This document shows, piece after piece, positions 1 through 8,193 of a stretch of 64,000 nt of DNA. The stretch is from Candidatus Latescibacterota bacterium. GTDB taxonomy: Bacteria; Latescibacterota; UBA2968; UBA8231. The notes under the pieces were generated by a model. It was not told the origin of the DNA, ran no database searches, and worked only from the letters and a program-made list of their open reading frames with translations. Within the stretch, counting starts at the first letter, position 1. Each line of letters begins with the position of its first letter. The position numbers and the translations under genes are program-made. Where the stretch lies: NCBI GenBank assembly GCA_965204725.1, contig OZ242005.1, positions 1,056,001 to 1,120,000 of the forward strand, in the 5' to 3' direction.

Positions 1-508
1 CGCATACATTGCTGAGGTATAGGTCTCGCTCGGACGGGTCCGTAGAGGTAAAGCAATCGGAATCGTATAAAGCCACGATCTCCTTGCCGTCCTTCAAGTG
101 AACCGTGATCCATTGAGACTGGGCACGCATGAACTTCCAATCCCACGCCGACGGAATGCCGTGAACAGGTTCTAGCCCGACTTTTCGCAAAAGCCAGTAC
201 AGCCACTCTTTTTGAATCCCGTGTCCAACGAAAATCCCGATGGCGACGGGGACCAAAACGACCACTACGGCCGCCAACCAACCGACGTCCATGTCGCGAA
301 TGCGATGGGCTACGTCAATGGCCGAACCCCAACCACACAAGGACCATACCACCACGTAATACGCGCTCGACACGGCCAAGCCGGCAGCGAAGGCCGGACG
401 CCCGGTGGTGAAGCGAGAGATGATAAATAGAATGACATAGCCGGGCGTTAATAATGCCGCTGTCACTAGCGGCACTATGGAAATGCTGATCGCAAAATCG
501 GTATTCAT
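1..508 (-). CDS. DUF6338-like membrane protein (3' end outside window)
   Basis: Manual translation from ATG 508 (GAGGAA RBS upstream): MNTDFAISIS..., hydrophobic helices, then PVHGIPSAWDWKF...WITVHLKDG...STDPSERDLYL. Not in ORF track because it runs off the window. Confidence 0.7.
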   Translation of the reverse strand, partial: MNTDFAISISIVPLVTAALLTPGYVILFIISRFTTGRPAFAAGLAVSSAYYVVVWSLCGWGSAIDVAHRIRDMDVGWLAAVVVVLVPVAIGIFVGHGIQKEWLYWLLRKVGLEPVHGIPSAWDWKFMRAQSQWITVHLKDGKEIVALYDSDCFTSTDPSERDLYLSNVC

Positions 509-600
509 TTTGTTTTCCTCAATGGATAGTGCCGCGAGCGGCTATCGACATTGCATAGACGACTCAAGGGGCGGATCGGCGGGCTATCTCGGTTCTCTAT

Positions 601-629
601 AAAATAGAATACACCTTTTGGGTGTATTC
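601..629 (-). terminator. Probable intrinsic terminator after CRTAC1 gene
   Basis: 9-bp stem GAATACACC/GGTGTATTC (607-629), followed on the minus strand by TATTTT. Confidence 0.45.
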
Positions 630-643
630 GGGCAACGCCGCGC

Positions 644-2245
644 TCAAGGCTCGCGGACGGTCAGGAGCTGATCGGCTGCGACGTCGTACAAGCGTTGGAC
701 GCGGCCGCTGGGCCAGCGGATTTCTACCTCGTCGGCGCGGGTGCGGTCGCCCAACCCGAAAAACGGGCGCGGCGCGCTTTGGCATAGGTAGCTCGACCCA
801 GCGCGCACCACGTCCCACCACACGTGGTCGCCCGCAGCGACGCGGACCTCGGCCCCGATGGAGTCCCCGACCAACCGCAAGCTCAAATAGTGCTGGGCAT
901 TGCCGCCGTCGTTGCGCAAGAGCGCGGCGGCTTGGTTGTTGTTGGCGACGATAATGTCGAGGTCGCCGTCGTGGTCGTAATCGCCCATGGCCGCGCCGCG
1001 GCTGACTTGCTGCAACCGCAGGCCCGGCCCCACCTGATTGCTCACGTCGGCGAAGCGCCCTTGCCCCTGATTGCGGAAGAGTTGGTTTTGCTGCGCGTAT
1101 GTCACCGCGTCGAACAAGTGGATGTTGTCGTCGAGGTGCCCGTTGGCTACAAACAAGTCGCGGTTGCCGTCGTTGTCGTAGTCAATGAAGAGGGCGCCCC
1201 ACGCGAGGAATTGCAAGCTCGGAACCCCCAATCCAGCCTGAAAGGTCACGTCGGCGAAAAACCCATTGCCGAGGTTGCGGTAGAGGCTGTTGGTTTCCCA
1301 CTGGTAGTTGGTGACAAAAAAGTCAAATCGGCCGTCGCCATCGTAGTCGCCCACGTCAACCCCCATGCCCGCCAGCGGCTTGCCCGCGTCGTTATAGGCG
1401 ACCCCGGCCAACGCGCCGACCTCGGCAAATCGGCCCCCGTCGTTGCGGTAGAGCAAGTTGGGGGTGCGGTCGCCGGCCGCGTACAAGTCGAGATCACCGT
1501 CGCCATCGTAGTCGATAAAAAAGGCCCCTAGTTCCTTGGCGGCCTCTGGGAGCAACCCAACCTCTGAGGTGACATCGGCAAAGGTGGCGTTGCCTTCGTT
1601 GCGATAAAAGACATCGCGCTGCGGTTCAAAAGCCTCCGGCCCGCAGTACACCGCGATCCCGCCGGCGCGGATGCAGGGCTGATGTATTTCGGGACGAAAC
1701 TGGGCGTAATTGGCCACGAAGAGATCTACGTCGCCGTCGCTGTCGTAGTCGGCAAAGGCCGCGCCCGTACTCATCGCGGGGTTGACTAAGACCGGCCCGG
1801 CCACGCCGGCTGCGTCGGTCGCATCCGCGAATTGGCCGGTGCCGGCATTGCGGTAGAGGATATTGGGGCCGTACGCGGTGACGTACAAGTCCAAGGTGCC
1901 GTCGCCATCGTAGTCGGCCGCGGCACAGCCCAGCCCGTAGCCCGAATGGGCCACGCCGGCTGCGTCGGTCGCGTCCGCAAACCGACCCGTGCCCTCGTTG
2001 CGATAGAGTGCGGCCGGGCCGGCGCTGTTGACGAAGTACAAGTCGAGCCACCCATCGGCATCAAAGTCGGCAAAGGCCGCGCCCGAGCCCATGGTCTCCA
2101 TGGGGTACTTTTGCCCTTGCGCCCCGTTTTGATGGCGAAAGGCGATCCCAGCCTCGGCCGTCACCTCGACGAATTGCACCTCGGCGCGGCCCAACGCGGC
2201 CTGTAGGCAGGCGAAAGCGGCTCCTAAGAGGGCGCGTCGCGTCAC
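644..2245 (-). CDS. CRTAC1-family protein (FG-GAP/VCBS repeats + ASPIC/UnbV), secreted
   Basis: Repeated DYDGDGDLDL and LYRNxG motifs, C-terminal FGLG..EIRWPSG. GTG start at 2245 overlaps the upstream stop (GTGA) and gives a signal peptide. Confidence 0.9.
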   Translation of the reverse strand: MTRRALLGAAFACLQAALGRAEVQFVEVTAEAGIAFRHQNGAQGQKYPMETMGSGAAFADFDADGWLDLYFVNSAGPAALYRNEGTGRFADATDAAGVAHSGYGLGCAAADYDGDGTLDLYVTAYGPNILYRNAGTGQFADATDAAGVAGPVLVNPAMSTGAAFADYDSDGDVDLFVANYAQFRPEIHQPCIRAGGIAVYCGPEAFEPQRDVFYRNEGNATFADVTSEVGLLPEAAKELGAFFIDYDGDGDLDLYAAGDRTPNLLYRNDGGRFAEVGALAGVAYNDAGKPLAGMGVDVGDYDGDGRFDFFVTNYQWETNSLYRNLGNGFFADVTFQAGLGVPSLQFLAWGALFIDYDNDGNRDLFVANGHLDDNIHLFDAVTYAQQNQLFRNQGQGRFADVSNQVGPGLRLQQVSRGAAMGDYDHDGDLDIIVANNNQAAALLRNDGGNAQHYLSLRLVGDSIGAEVRVAAGDHVWWDVVRAGSSYLCQSAPRPFFGLGDRTRADEVEIRWPSGRVQRLYDVAADQLLTVREP

Positions 2246-2493
2246 GCGCGCTCGGAGTCGCCGGCGGCTTCGCTGGCCCCGCGACCGGCGACCATGTTGC
2301 GGATCATCTGGGCCACGTCGCCAAAGCCCTTGTACGCGACAGCGATGACGATGCCGTAAAAGAGGACGCTGGCGACGATAAAAACCACCTGCCAGACCTC
2401 GCGCCAAGGCATCAGCCTAAGTTCGATGTAGGCCGCCACACCCACGAACAGCAGGGCGAAGCGGGCAATGTCTTTCCAGCGTTGGGCTTCCAT
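2242..2493 (-). CDS. Small membrane protein associated with sodium:solute symporter
   Basis: 83 aa, two hydrophobic helices, tightly coupled between SSS and CRTAC1 genes. Confidence 0.7.
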   Translation of the reverse strand: MEAQRWKDIARFALLFVGVAAYIELRLMPWREVWQVVFIVASVLFYGIVIAVAYKGFGDVAQMIRNMVAGRGASEAAGDSERA

Positions 2494-2496
2494 GGG

Positions 2497-4038
2497 TCAC
2501 TCCATGTTGCTAAAGTCTAAAGGACGCGGTGGATGGGAGCGTTGCGTGAGCGCGGCCACGACCAGCATGGCGAGGCCGCCCAAGGCGAGGCTGGTCACCC
2601 CGACGAGGTTGGAGTTTTCGACCAACGGCAACAAAAACTTGGGCACCAAGTCTTGGTTTTCGTTCATAATTAGGAAGTTGATCGGCACGAGGGCACCCAG
2701 TATCAGGGCGCAGTACGCCCCCGGGGTATTGGCCTTTTTCCAGTACAACCCCAAGGCCACGGTGCCGACGCAGCCGGAGAAGTAGATGCTGCCGGTGACG
2801 TACATAAAGCGGAAGGCCGTCTCGGGAAGCTGGTAGAATGCGCCGAAAATGGCCAAGAAGGCGGCGAGGATGACGACGATGGCCCGGGTCCAGTAGATCT
2901 CGCGCTCGCTCGACAGCCCCCCCCACGTGCCATCGGCTTCGCGCCCGCCGCTCGACTGGGCGAGCATGGCCTTAATCGGCGAGACCACGTCGCGGACGAT
3001 GACGCCGCTCCAAGCCAATAGGTAGCTGTCGTGGGTGGACATGAAGGCGGCGAACATCCCGGCCATGAGCAGGCCGGCAATGCCGATGGGCAGGATTTTG
3101 CCGAGCATTTCGGGCATGGCGTAGTGGGGGTCGAGCGCGGGGTCGCCAAAATAGGCCAGCGTCGCGATGCCCCAAAACATCGGCACCATGGCCCGCCCCA
3201 TGACCGTGCCCGCGGCGATCCAAAACACGCGGCGGGCCACTTTGGGGCTTTCGGCACTGAGCGGCCGCATCATTTCGGGTTGCCAGACCACGCCGACTAG
3301 GCCGACGCAGAACAAAAACGAGATCACGGGGAGGCCGTAGTGGGGATTGGCTATCGGGTCGAAGCCGAGGTCGCCTTTGTGCGTCTCAACGGCTTGGACG
3401 ATGGTATCCCAGCCGAGTTGCGGGTGATTGAGAATGATGTAGGTGCCAAAGAAAAACCCCAGTGCCAACAACACGAACTGAGCGAAGTCCGTCAGCACCA
3501 CGGAGACCATGCCGCCCATCAGCGTGTAGAAGACGACGATGATCAACATGCCGATCATGACGTAGTTGACGTATTCCTTGTCGAGGCCGGTGAAGCCGAC
3601 GATGAATTTGCTGCCGAGGATGGGGAACAGCCCCATGTTGAGGGTGCCGGCGAGGGTGAGGATGATGCCGCCGAGCAGGCGCACGCCGCGAGTGTACTTG
3701 AGCTCGTAGAACTCGGGCACGGTCATCACCTGCAAATGGCGCAGGCGGCTGACGATAAAGCCCGTGCGGCCAATGATTAGCGTGGTGATCAGCGCCATGA
3801 GGCCAAAGACAAAGGGCGCGAAGCCGTATTTGAAGCCTTCCTCGGCCATGTACATGACCGTGACGAGCCCGAGCCCGGTCGAGACCATGGTGGCGACGGC
3901 CATGTGGGTTTTGAGGCCGCGACCCGCGACGAGAAAGTCGGAGATGCCCTTGATGGCACTGCGCGCCAACGTACCGGCGACGATGGTGCCGCCGACATAA
4001 ACGAGGACGATGGCGTAGTCGATCCAACTCAGGTGCAT
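2497..4038 (-). CDS. Sodium:solute symporter family protein
   Basis: DFLVAGR, YTLMGGMVSVVLTDFAQF and AAFMSTHDS motifs; many TM segments; AGGAG RBS before ATG 4038. Confidence 0.92.
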   Translation of the reverse strand: MHLSWIDYAIVLVYVGGTIVAGTLARSAIKGISDFLVAGRGLKTHMAVATMVSTGLGLVTVMYMAEEGFKYGFAPFVFGLMALITTLIIGRTGFIVSRLRHLQVMTVPEFYELKYTRGVRLLGGIILTLAGTLNMGLFPILGSKFIVGFTGLDKEYVNYVMIGMLIIVVFYTLMGGMVSVVLTDFAQFVLLALGFFFGTYIILNHPQLGWDTIVQAVETHKGDLGFDPIANPHYGLPVISFLFCVGLVGVVWQPEMMRPLSAESPKVARRVFWIAAGTVMGRAMVPMFWGIATLAYFGDPALDPHYAMPEMLGKILPIGIAGLLMAGMFAAFMSTHDSYLLAWSGVIVRDVVSPIKAMLAQSSGGREADGTWGGLSSEREIYWTRAIVVILAAFLAIFGAFYQLPETAFRFMYVTGSIYFSGCVGTVALGLYWKKANTPGAYCALILGALVPINFLIMNENQDLVPKFLLPLVENSNLVGVTSLALGGLAMLVVAALTQRSHPPRPLDFSNME

Positions 4039-4127
4039 ACGCACTCCTGATGGTCTGATAAATGGGAGGATAAGTAAGTGCGCTAATATAACTCTGGTGC
4101 TGCGGTTGTTAAACCCTGCCCGGCGTT

Positions 4128-4156
4128 TTGACAGCCGCCGTGGAGGGCGTTAATTA
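4128..4156 (+). promoter_or_regulatory. Putative sigma70 promoter of Uma2 gene
   Basis: TTGACA-17 nt-TAATTA. Confidence 0.5.
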
Positions 4157-4179
4157 GGCATAGCCCATCAGCGAGGAGA

Positions 4180-5196
4180 ATGGTAATGGCTGAGACAAAC
4201 GTCGTCGATGCAGTGTTGAATGCGGAAGAGGGGGTCGCGCCGGTACTCTACCTGCCCAACGGCCAGCGGCTGGTGTTCCCCGGTTGCCACGCCAAACACG
4301 TGTCGGCGACCGAGATCGAGACGTACGAAGGGCGCTTTGAGTATTGGCACGGGCCGACCGAGACCTTGATCGTGTCCGATGCCGACGCCCGCATCGTCAG
4401 CGGCGACCACGAGTTGCCCGGGCAGTATCTGGCGCAGCTCGCCCAACAGCTCGCCGATGAGTGCGGAGCGCACTTTATCGCGTTTGGCACGACGAGTATC
4501 TGGCGGCTGGACGCCCAAGGGCACTACGAGGGGATCATGCGGCCCGATCAATGCGTCTATCTGCGTCCGCAGGAGGCCATATTGCCGGATCGCCAAGGAC
4601 TAAAACTCGGCGTTCACACCCTGCCGGATGTGGTTTTAGAAGTCGATCACACCACGGACATTCGGCGGGGGAAGCTGGGGCTGTACGAGTCGTGGGGGTT
4701 CCCAGAGTTGTGGGTGGAGGTGCCGGACGCGTACACGCCGAATCGGCTGGCGGGTTCGCCGGGGCTGACGATTCGCGTGTTGGAGGAGGGGTGCTATCGG
4801 GAAGTGGATGAGAGCCGGGCGTTTGCGGGCTGGACGGCGGCAGAGATTCACGCAGCCCTAAACGAGCGGACGGGCTGGTCGGCGGCGACGACCGCGGCTT
4901 TGGTGCGGGTGGGGCAAGCCCTGACGGCGCAGTTGGGCACGGCCGGCCCGAAGGGAACCCCGCGGCTGTGGCGACACCGCGCCGAGGGGCGGCGTGAAGG
5001 TCGGCAGCAGGGGTACACCGAAGGCGAGCGAGCGATGTTGTGCCGTCTAGCCGCTCGGCGGTTCGGCGGCGAGGTGGCTGCGAGCTTGGAGATGCTGTTG
5101 GCAGGCTTGGCGAGCGAGGACTTAGGAGACGTGGGCGATTGGATATTCGAATGCGCGAGCGACGAGTTGCTGCGGCGGGTGCGCGCGAGGCGCTAG
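4180..5196 (+). CDS. Uma2-family PD-(D/E)xK endonuclease with DUF4351/Rpn-like tail
   Basis: RPDQCVY, PDVVLEVDHT and KLGLYESWGFPELW motifs; tail EGRREG...LAARRFGG. Confidence 0.8.
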   Translation: MVMAETNVVDAVLNAEEGVAPVLYLPNGQRLVFPGCHAKHVSATEIETYEGRFEYWHGPTETLIVSDADARIVSGDHELPGQYLAQLAQQLADECGAHFIAFGTTSIWRLDAQGHYEGIMRPDQCVYLRPQEAILPDRQGLKLGVHTLPDVVLEVDHTTDIRRGKLGLYESWGFPELWVEVPDAYTPNRLAGSPGLTIRVLEEGCYREVDESRAFAGWTAAEIHAALNERTGWSAATTAALVRVGQALTAQLGTAGPKGTPRLWRHRAEGRREGRQQGYTEGERAMLCRLAARRFGGEVAASLEMLLAGLASEDLGDVGDWIFECASDELLRRVRARR

Positions 5197-5216
5197 GCTT
5201 TAGGAGGAAGGCGAGC

Positions 5217-5633
5217 TTGATACCATGGATGCTGTTGGTCGCGGCCCTGTCGTGGGCTGGTTGCGCGGGCGATGACTCGACGCTGGGGCCGGACGAGTCG
5301 GACGGCGCAGGAGCGCGTACCGAGGCGACCCGAGCGCAAGTCGGCGAAGTCTTTGCGGTGGGGTGCGCCATTTCGGGTTGTCACCGCGGCGGGCAGCCCG
5401 CGGCCGATTTGTCGCTGGCGGGCGATTTTGCCGCTCGCATCGTCGGCGTCGCCAGCAACCAGCGGCCGGATCTCTACCTCGTCGATCCGGGGAATCCCGA
5501 TGACTCGTACCTGCTGCTCAAGATGCGCGGCGACGACGAGATCGTCCTCCAGCAAATGCCGCCGGGCGGTGCTCTGCCCGCCGAGCAGGTGGCGATAATC
5601 CGCGCGTGGATCGCCGCCGGGGTGCAAGAGTAA
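5217..5633 (+). CDS. Lipoprotein with CxxxxCH cytochrome c-like domain
   Basis: TTG start after AGGAGG; lipobox WAG-C; CAISGCH, PGNPDDSYLLLK, MPP, IRAWIAAG. Confidence 0.7.
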   Translation: MIPWMLLVAALSWAGCAGDDSTLGPDESDGAGARTEATRAQVGEVFAVGCAISGCHRGGQPAADLSLAGDFAARIVGVASNQRPDLYLVDPGNPDDSYLLLKMRGDDEIVLQQMPPGGALPAEQVAIIRAWIAAGVQE

Positions 5634-5728
5634 CGCCCGTCTTTTCCGCTGCATCCCTGGTGAAATTTTCGTAGAGGAAGAGACGTGGGCGCAGATTGTG
5701 GCGAGTGCGGCCAAGGTGGGGGTTGGGG

Positions 5729-7108
5729 TTAGCCCTCCTGCCTGAGCCGGTCCAGCAGGCGGCCGAGTTGCCCCACCAAGTAAAGGGGCAGTGAGAGCAA
5801 GGTCATTTCCACAGTCTGCTGCGTTCCGCTTACTCGGTGCCGGATGGACTGGACGGTGGGCGGATTGAGATCGAAGCGCACTGCGAGGCGCGTCCCTTTG
5901 GCCGCGGCGAACTGATGCAGCGAGCGCAGGGTGCCGCTGGTGCCCGCTTTGACTTCGACCGGCACGATCCAAGTTCCCCGAGCCAGCGCGTAGTCCACTT
6001 CGGCGTTGGTGCTTTTCCCTTCCCGCAACCAGTAGTTCAGACGGGGCGTCTCCCGCCCCTCTTCCAAGTAGAGCAGGTGTTGCCCGACGAACTGTTCGGC
6101 CAAGGCTCCTTCATTGACCAGCCGGCGATCGTCCAAGTCTTTCAGAGCCAGCCAGTCTAGGCCGCACAGCCGGTTCATTAGGCCGATGTCCAAAAAGAGG
6201 AGTTTGTAGGTTTTCCAATGGACTTCGGCGTGGAGGGGCACCCCGGAACAGGCACTGTGGAAGACGGGTGCAATGACCCGGGCCTTGGTTAGCAAGTCAA
6301 TGGCGACGCGCAGTTCGCGGGCGGTCTCCTCGCGGTGGATCTCGGTGTATTTGACTTTGCGACCCACGGCTCGGGGGACGTAGTTGAAGACTCGCTGCAA
6401 GCGCAACCGGACTCGGGCGGAGGCGTACTTGGCAAAATCGTCTTGGTAGGTATCGACGATGGACTGATGCACGGGCCGCACATCGGCAAAGCAGCGGGTG
6501 GAGCTATACGCGGCCACGGCTTCGGGCATCCCCCCCACCAACAGGTACTCCCGCTGATAGGCCAACAGGCGGGTGTGGACGGCATGGGGCAAGGGCTGCT
6601 CAAGGGCGTAGCCTTGCAGATAGGCCAACAGGGGCGGGTCCAGTGCGGCGAGGAATTCCTCAAAGCTCATCGGGCCTAGATGGAAGTATTGAATGCGCCC
6701 TACCGGCATGGTAAAGGCGTGTTGCGAGAGGACGAATTCGAGTAAGGATCCAGCGGCGATGACCGGCAGCTCGGGGTGGTCTTCCCAGAAGTAGCGCAGG
6801 GCGGGCAGGGCGTGGGGGGTTGCTTGGATTTCATCGAGGAAGAGTATGCTGCCCGATGCCAACAGCGGTTGGCCCAGCAGCCCTTCGAGTTCTTGGCGGA
6901 TGTGCGTCAGGTCCAAGGTTTGGAAGACGGATTCCAAGTATGGGTGGCGCTCGAGGTTGACTTCGTTGAGGCGCAAGCGCTGGGACTGGGCGAATTGACG
7001 CACTAGGGTGGATTTGCCCACTTGGCGGGCGCCGCGGATGACCAGCGGTTTTCGCTGTGGGGCGGCAAACCATTGGGCCAGCGCACGTTCAGCCGTTCTA
7101 TTTATCAT
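5729..7108 (-). CDS. AAA_14 + DUF4143 ATP-binding protein
   Basis: GARQVGKST, FLDEIQ, GGMPEAV, EVDY..PVEVKAG. Confidence 0.9.
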   Translation of the reverse strand: MINRTAERALAQWFAAPQRKPLVIRGARQVGKSTLVRQFAQSQRLRLNEVNLERHPYLESVFQTLDLTHIRQELEGLLGQPLLASGSILFLDEIQATPHALPALRYFWEDHPELPVIAAGSLLEFVLSQHAFTMPVGRIQYFHLGPMSFEEFLAALDPPLLAYLQGYALEQPLPHAVHTRLLAYQREYLLVGGMPEAVAAYSSTRCFADVRPVHQSIVDTYQDDFAKYASARVRLRLQRVFNYVPRAVGRKVKYTEIHREETARELRVAIDLLTKARVIAPVFHSACSGVPLHAEVHWKTYKLLFLDIGLMNRLCGLDWLALKDLDDRRLVNEGALAEQFVGQHLLYLEEGRETPRLNYWLREGKSTNAEVDYALARGTWIVPVEVKAGTSGTLRSLHQFAAAKGTRLAVRFDLNPPTVQSIRHRVSGTQQTVEMTLLSLPLYLVGQLGRLLDRLRQEG

Positions 7109-7116
7109 AATGAATA

Positions 7117-7165
7117 AAAATGCCCCCTTTTTCGTACGTATAATGTACAAAAAAGGGGGCATTTT
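7117..7165. promoter_or_regulatory. 21-bp inverted repeat (putative operator) upstream of DUF4143 ATPase
   Basis: AAAATGCCCCCTTTTTCGTAC-GTATAAT-GTACAAAAAAGGGGGCATTTT; 20/21 match, 7-nt loop. Confidence 0.65.
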
Positions 7166-7257
7166 ACAATCTTTTTGGCCACAAGGCCTAGATTGATCTC
7201 AGGGTACGAACTGGTTAGCTTCCTAGTCAGGACAATTTTGAATTCGGAGAGGTTACT

Positions 7258-7518
7258 ATGAATAGATCGTGGCAGGTACAAGAGGCTAAGGCGCGGTTTA
7301 GCGAACTCCTTGAGGCGAGCCTTGCCGAAGGGCCGCAAATCGTGACCAAACGGGGCGTAGAAACGGCGGTGCTGGTGCCCATTGACCAATGGCGGCGATT
7401 GGAGCAAATGAGCCAACCTACGCTGAAGCAGTTGCTACTCGCGCCCGAACCGCAGGCCGATATCCCGATACCACCTCGCCGCAGGCACCGTCATCGTCCA
7501 GCGTCGAGTTTTGAATGA
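7258..7518 (+). CDS. Phd/YefM antitoxin
   Basis: WQVQEAKARFSELL...GPQIVTKRG; overlaps PIN gene. Confidence 0.92.
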   Translation: MNRSWQVQEAKARFSELLEASLAEGPQIVTKRGVETAVLVPIDQWRRLEQMSQPTLKQLLLAPEPQADIPIPPRRRHRHRPASSFE

Positions 7519-7924
7519 ACAGATGTATCTTCTCGATACCAATGTCGTCTCGGAGACGCGCCGCCCCAAGCCCAATAGGGGGGTGCTAGACTGGCTGACC
7601 AGTGTGCCCGACGAGGAACTCTACATCTCCGCAGTGACGATTGGAGAACTTCAGGCGGGCATCGAGATCACGCGCGAACAGGATGCTGCCAAGGCAGCAG
7701 AATTAGAATCTTGGCTCGACGAGGTACTCGCTTCGTATAGCGTATTGGTGCTGGATGCGGCAACCTTTCGAGCGTGGGCGCGGCTCAAGCATCGGCAGTC
7801 AGATACCCTAATGGAAGACGCCTTGATCGCGGCCACTGCCGGAACTCATAGGCTGACCGTCGTAACCCGTAACGTTGGCGACTTTGCCCAACTCGGCGTA
7901 CAGGTACTGAACCCGTTCCAGTAA
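7511..7924 (+). CDS. vapC: VapC PIN-domain toxin
   Basis: YLLDTNVVSE, DALIAATA, VVTRNVGDF. Confidence 0.92.
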   Translation: MNEQMYLLDTNVVSETRRPKPNRGVLDWLTSVPDEELYISAVTIGELQAGIEITREQDAAKAAELESWLDEVLASYSVLVLDAATFRAWARLKHRQSDTLMEDALIAATAGTHRLTVVTRNVGDFAQLGVQVLNPFQ

Positions 7925-8123
7925 ATGATCGGTTGTTCGCGCTAATTCAAAACACAATGCTCGACACCGCTTTGGAAATCAGTGCCAGCGCGATGGAAGA
8001 CATGCCGACCAATCCCATCCCGCACGAATAACCTGCCAAGAGAATCGACGCGTAAGCCCGCCAGTGCGCCACGTCAAGCGTAGCCCATTAAAAAATTCTT
8101 GCAGAAACGTTTTAGAAAAATTT

Positions 8124-8152
8124 TTGACAAAATAAATTATTATCAGTATCTT
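8124..8152 (+). promoter_or_regulatory. sigma70 promoter of HTH-GTPase gene
   Basis: TTGACA-17 nt-TATCTT, overlapped by an imperfect inverted repeat (AATAAAT..TCAG / CTGA..ATTTATT). Confidence 0.65.
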
Positions 8153-8193
8153 TGCTGAAACATTTATTTATCTTACAACTAAGGAGGTATAGC

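Noticed and set aside
1799-2010. Direct DNA repeat inside the CRTAC1 gene as a CRISPR or DGR-type repeat
   Set aside because: In-frame protein repeat (FADATDAAGVA); no spacers, RT or cas genes.
7925-8060. Short ORF MLDTALEISASAMEDMPTNPIPHE
   Set aside because: No RBS or recognisable family; probably island-edge debris.
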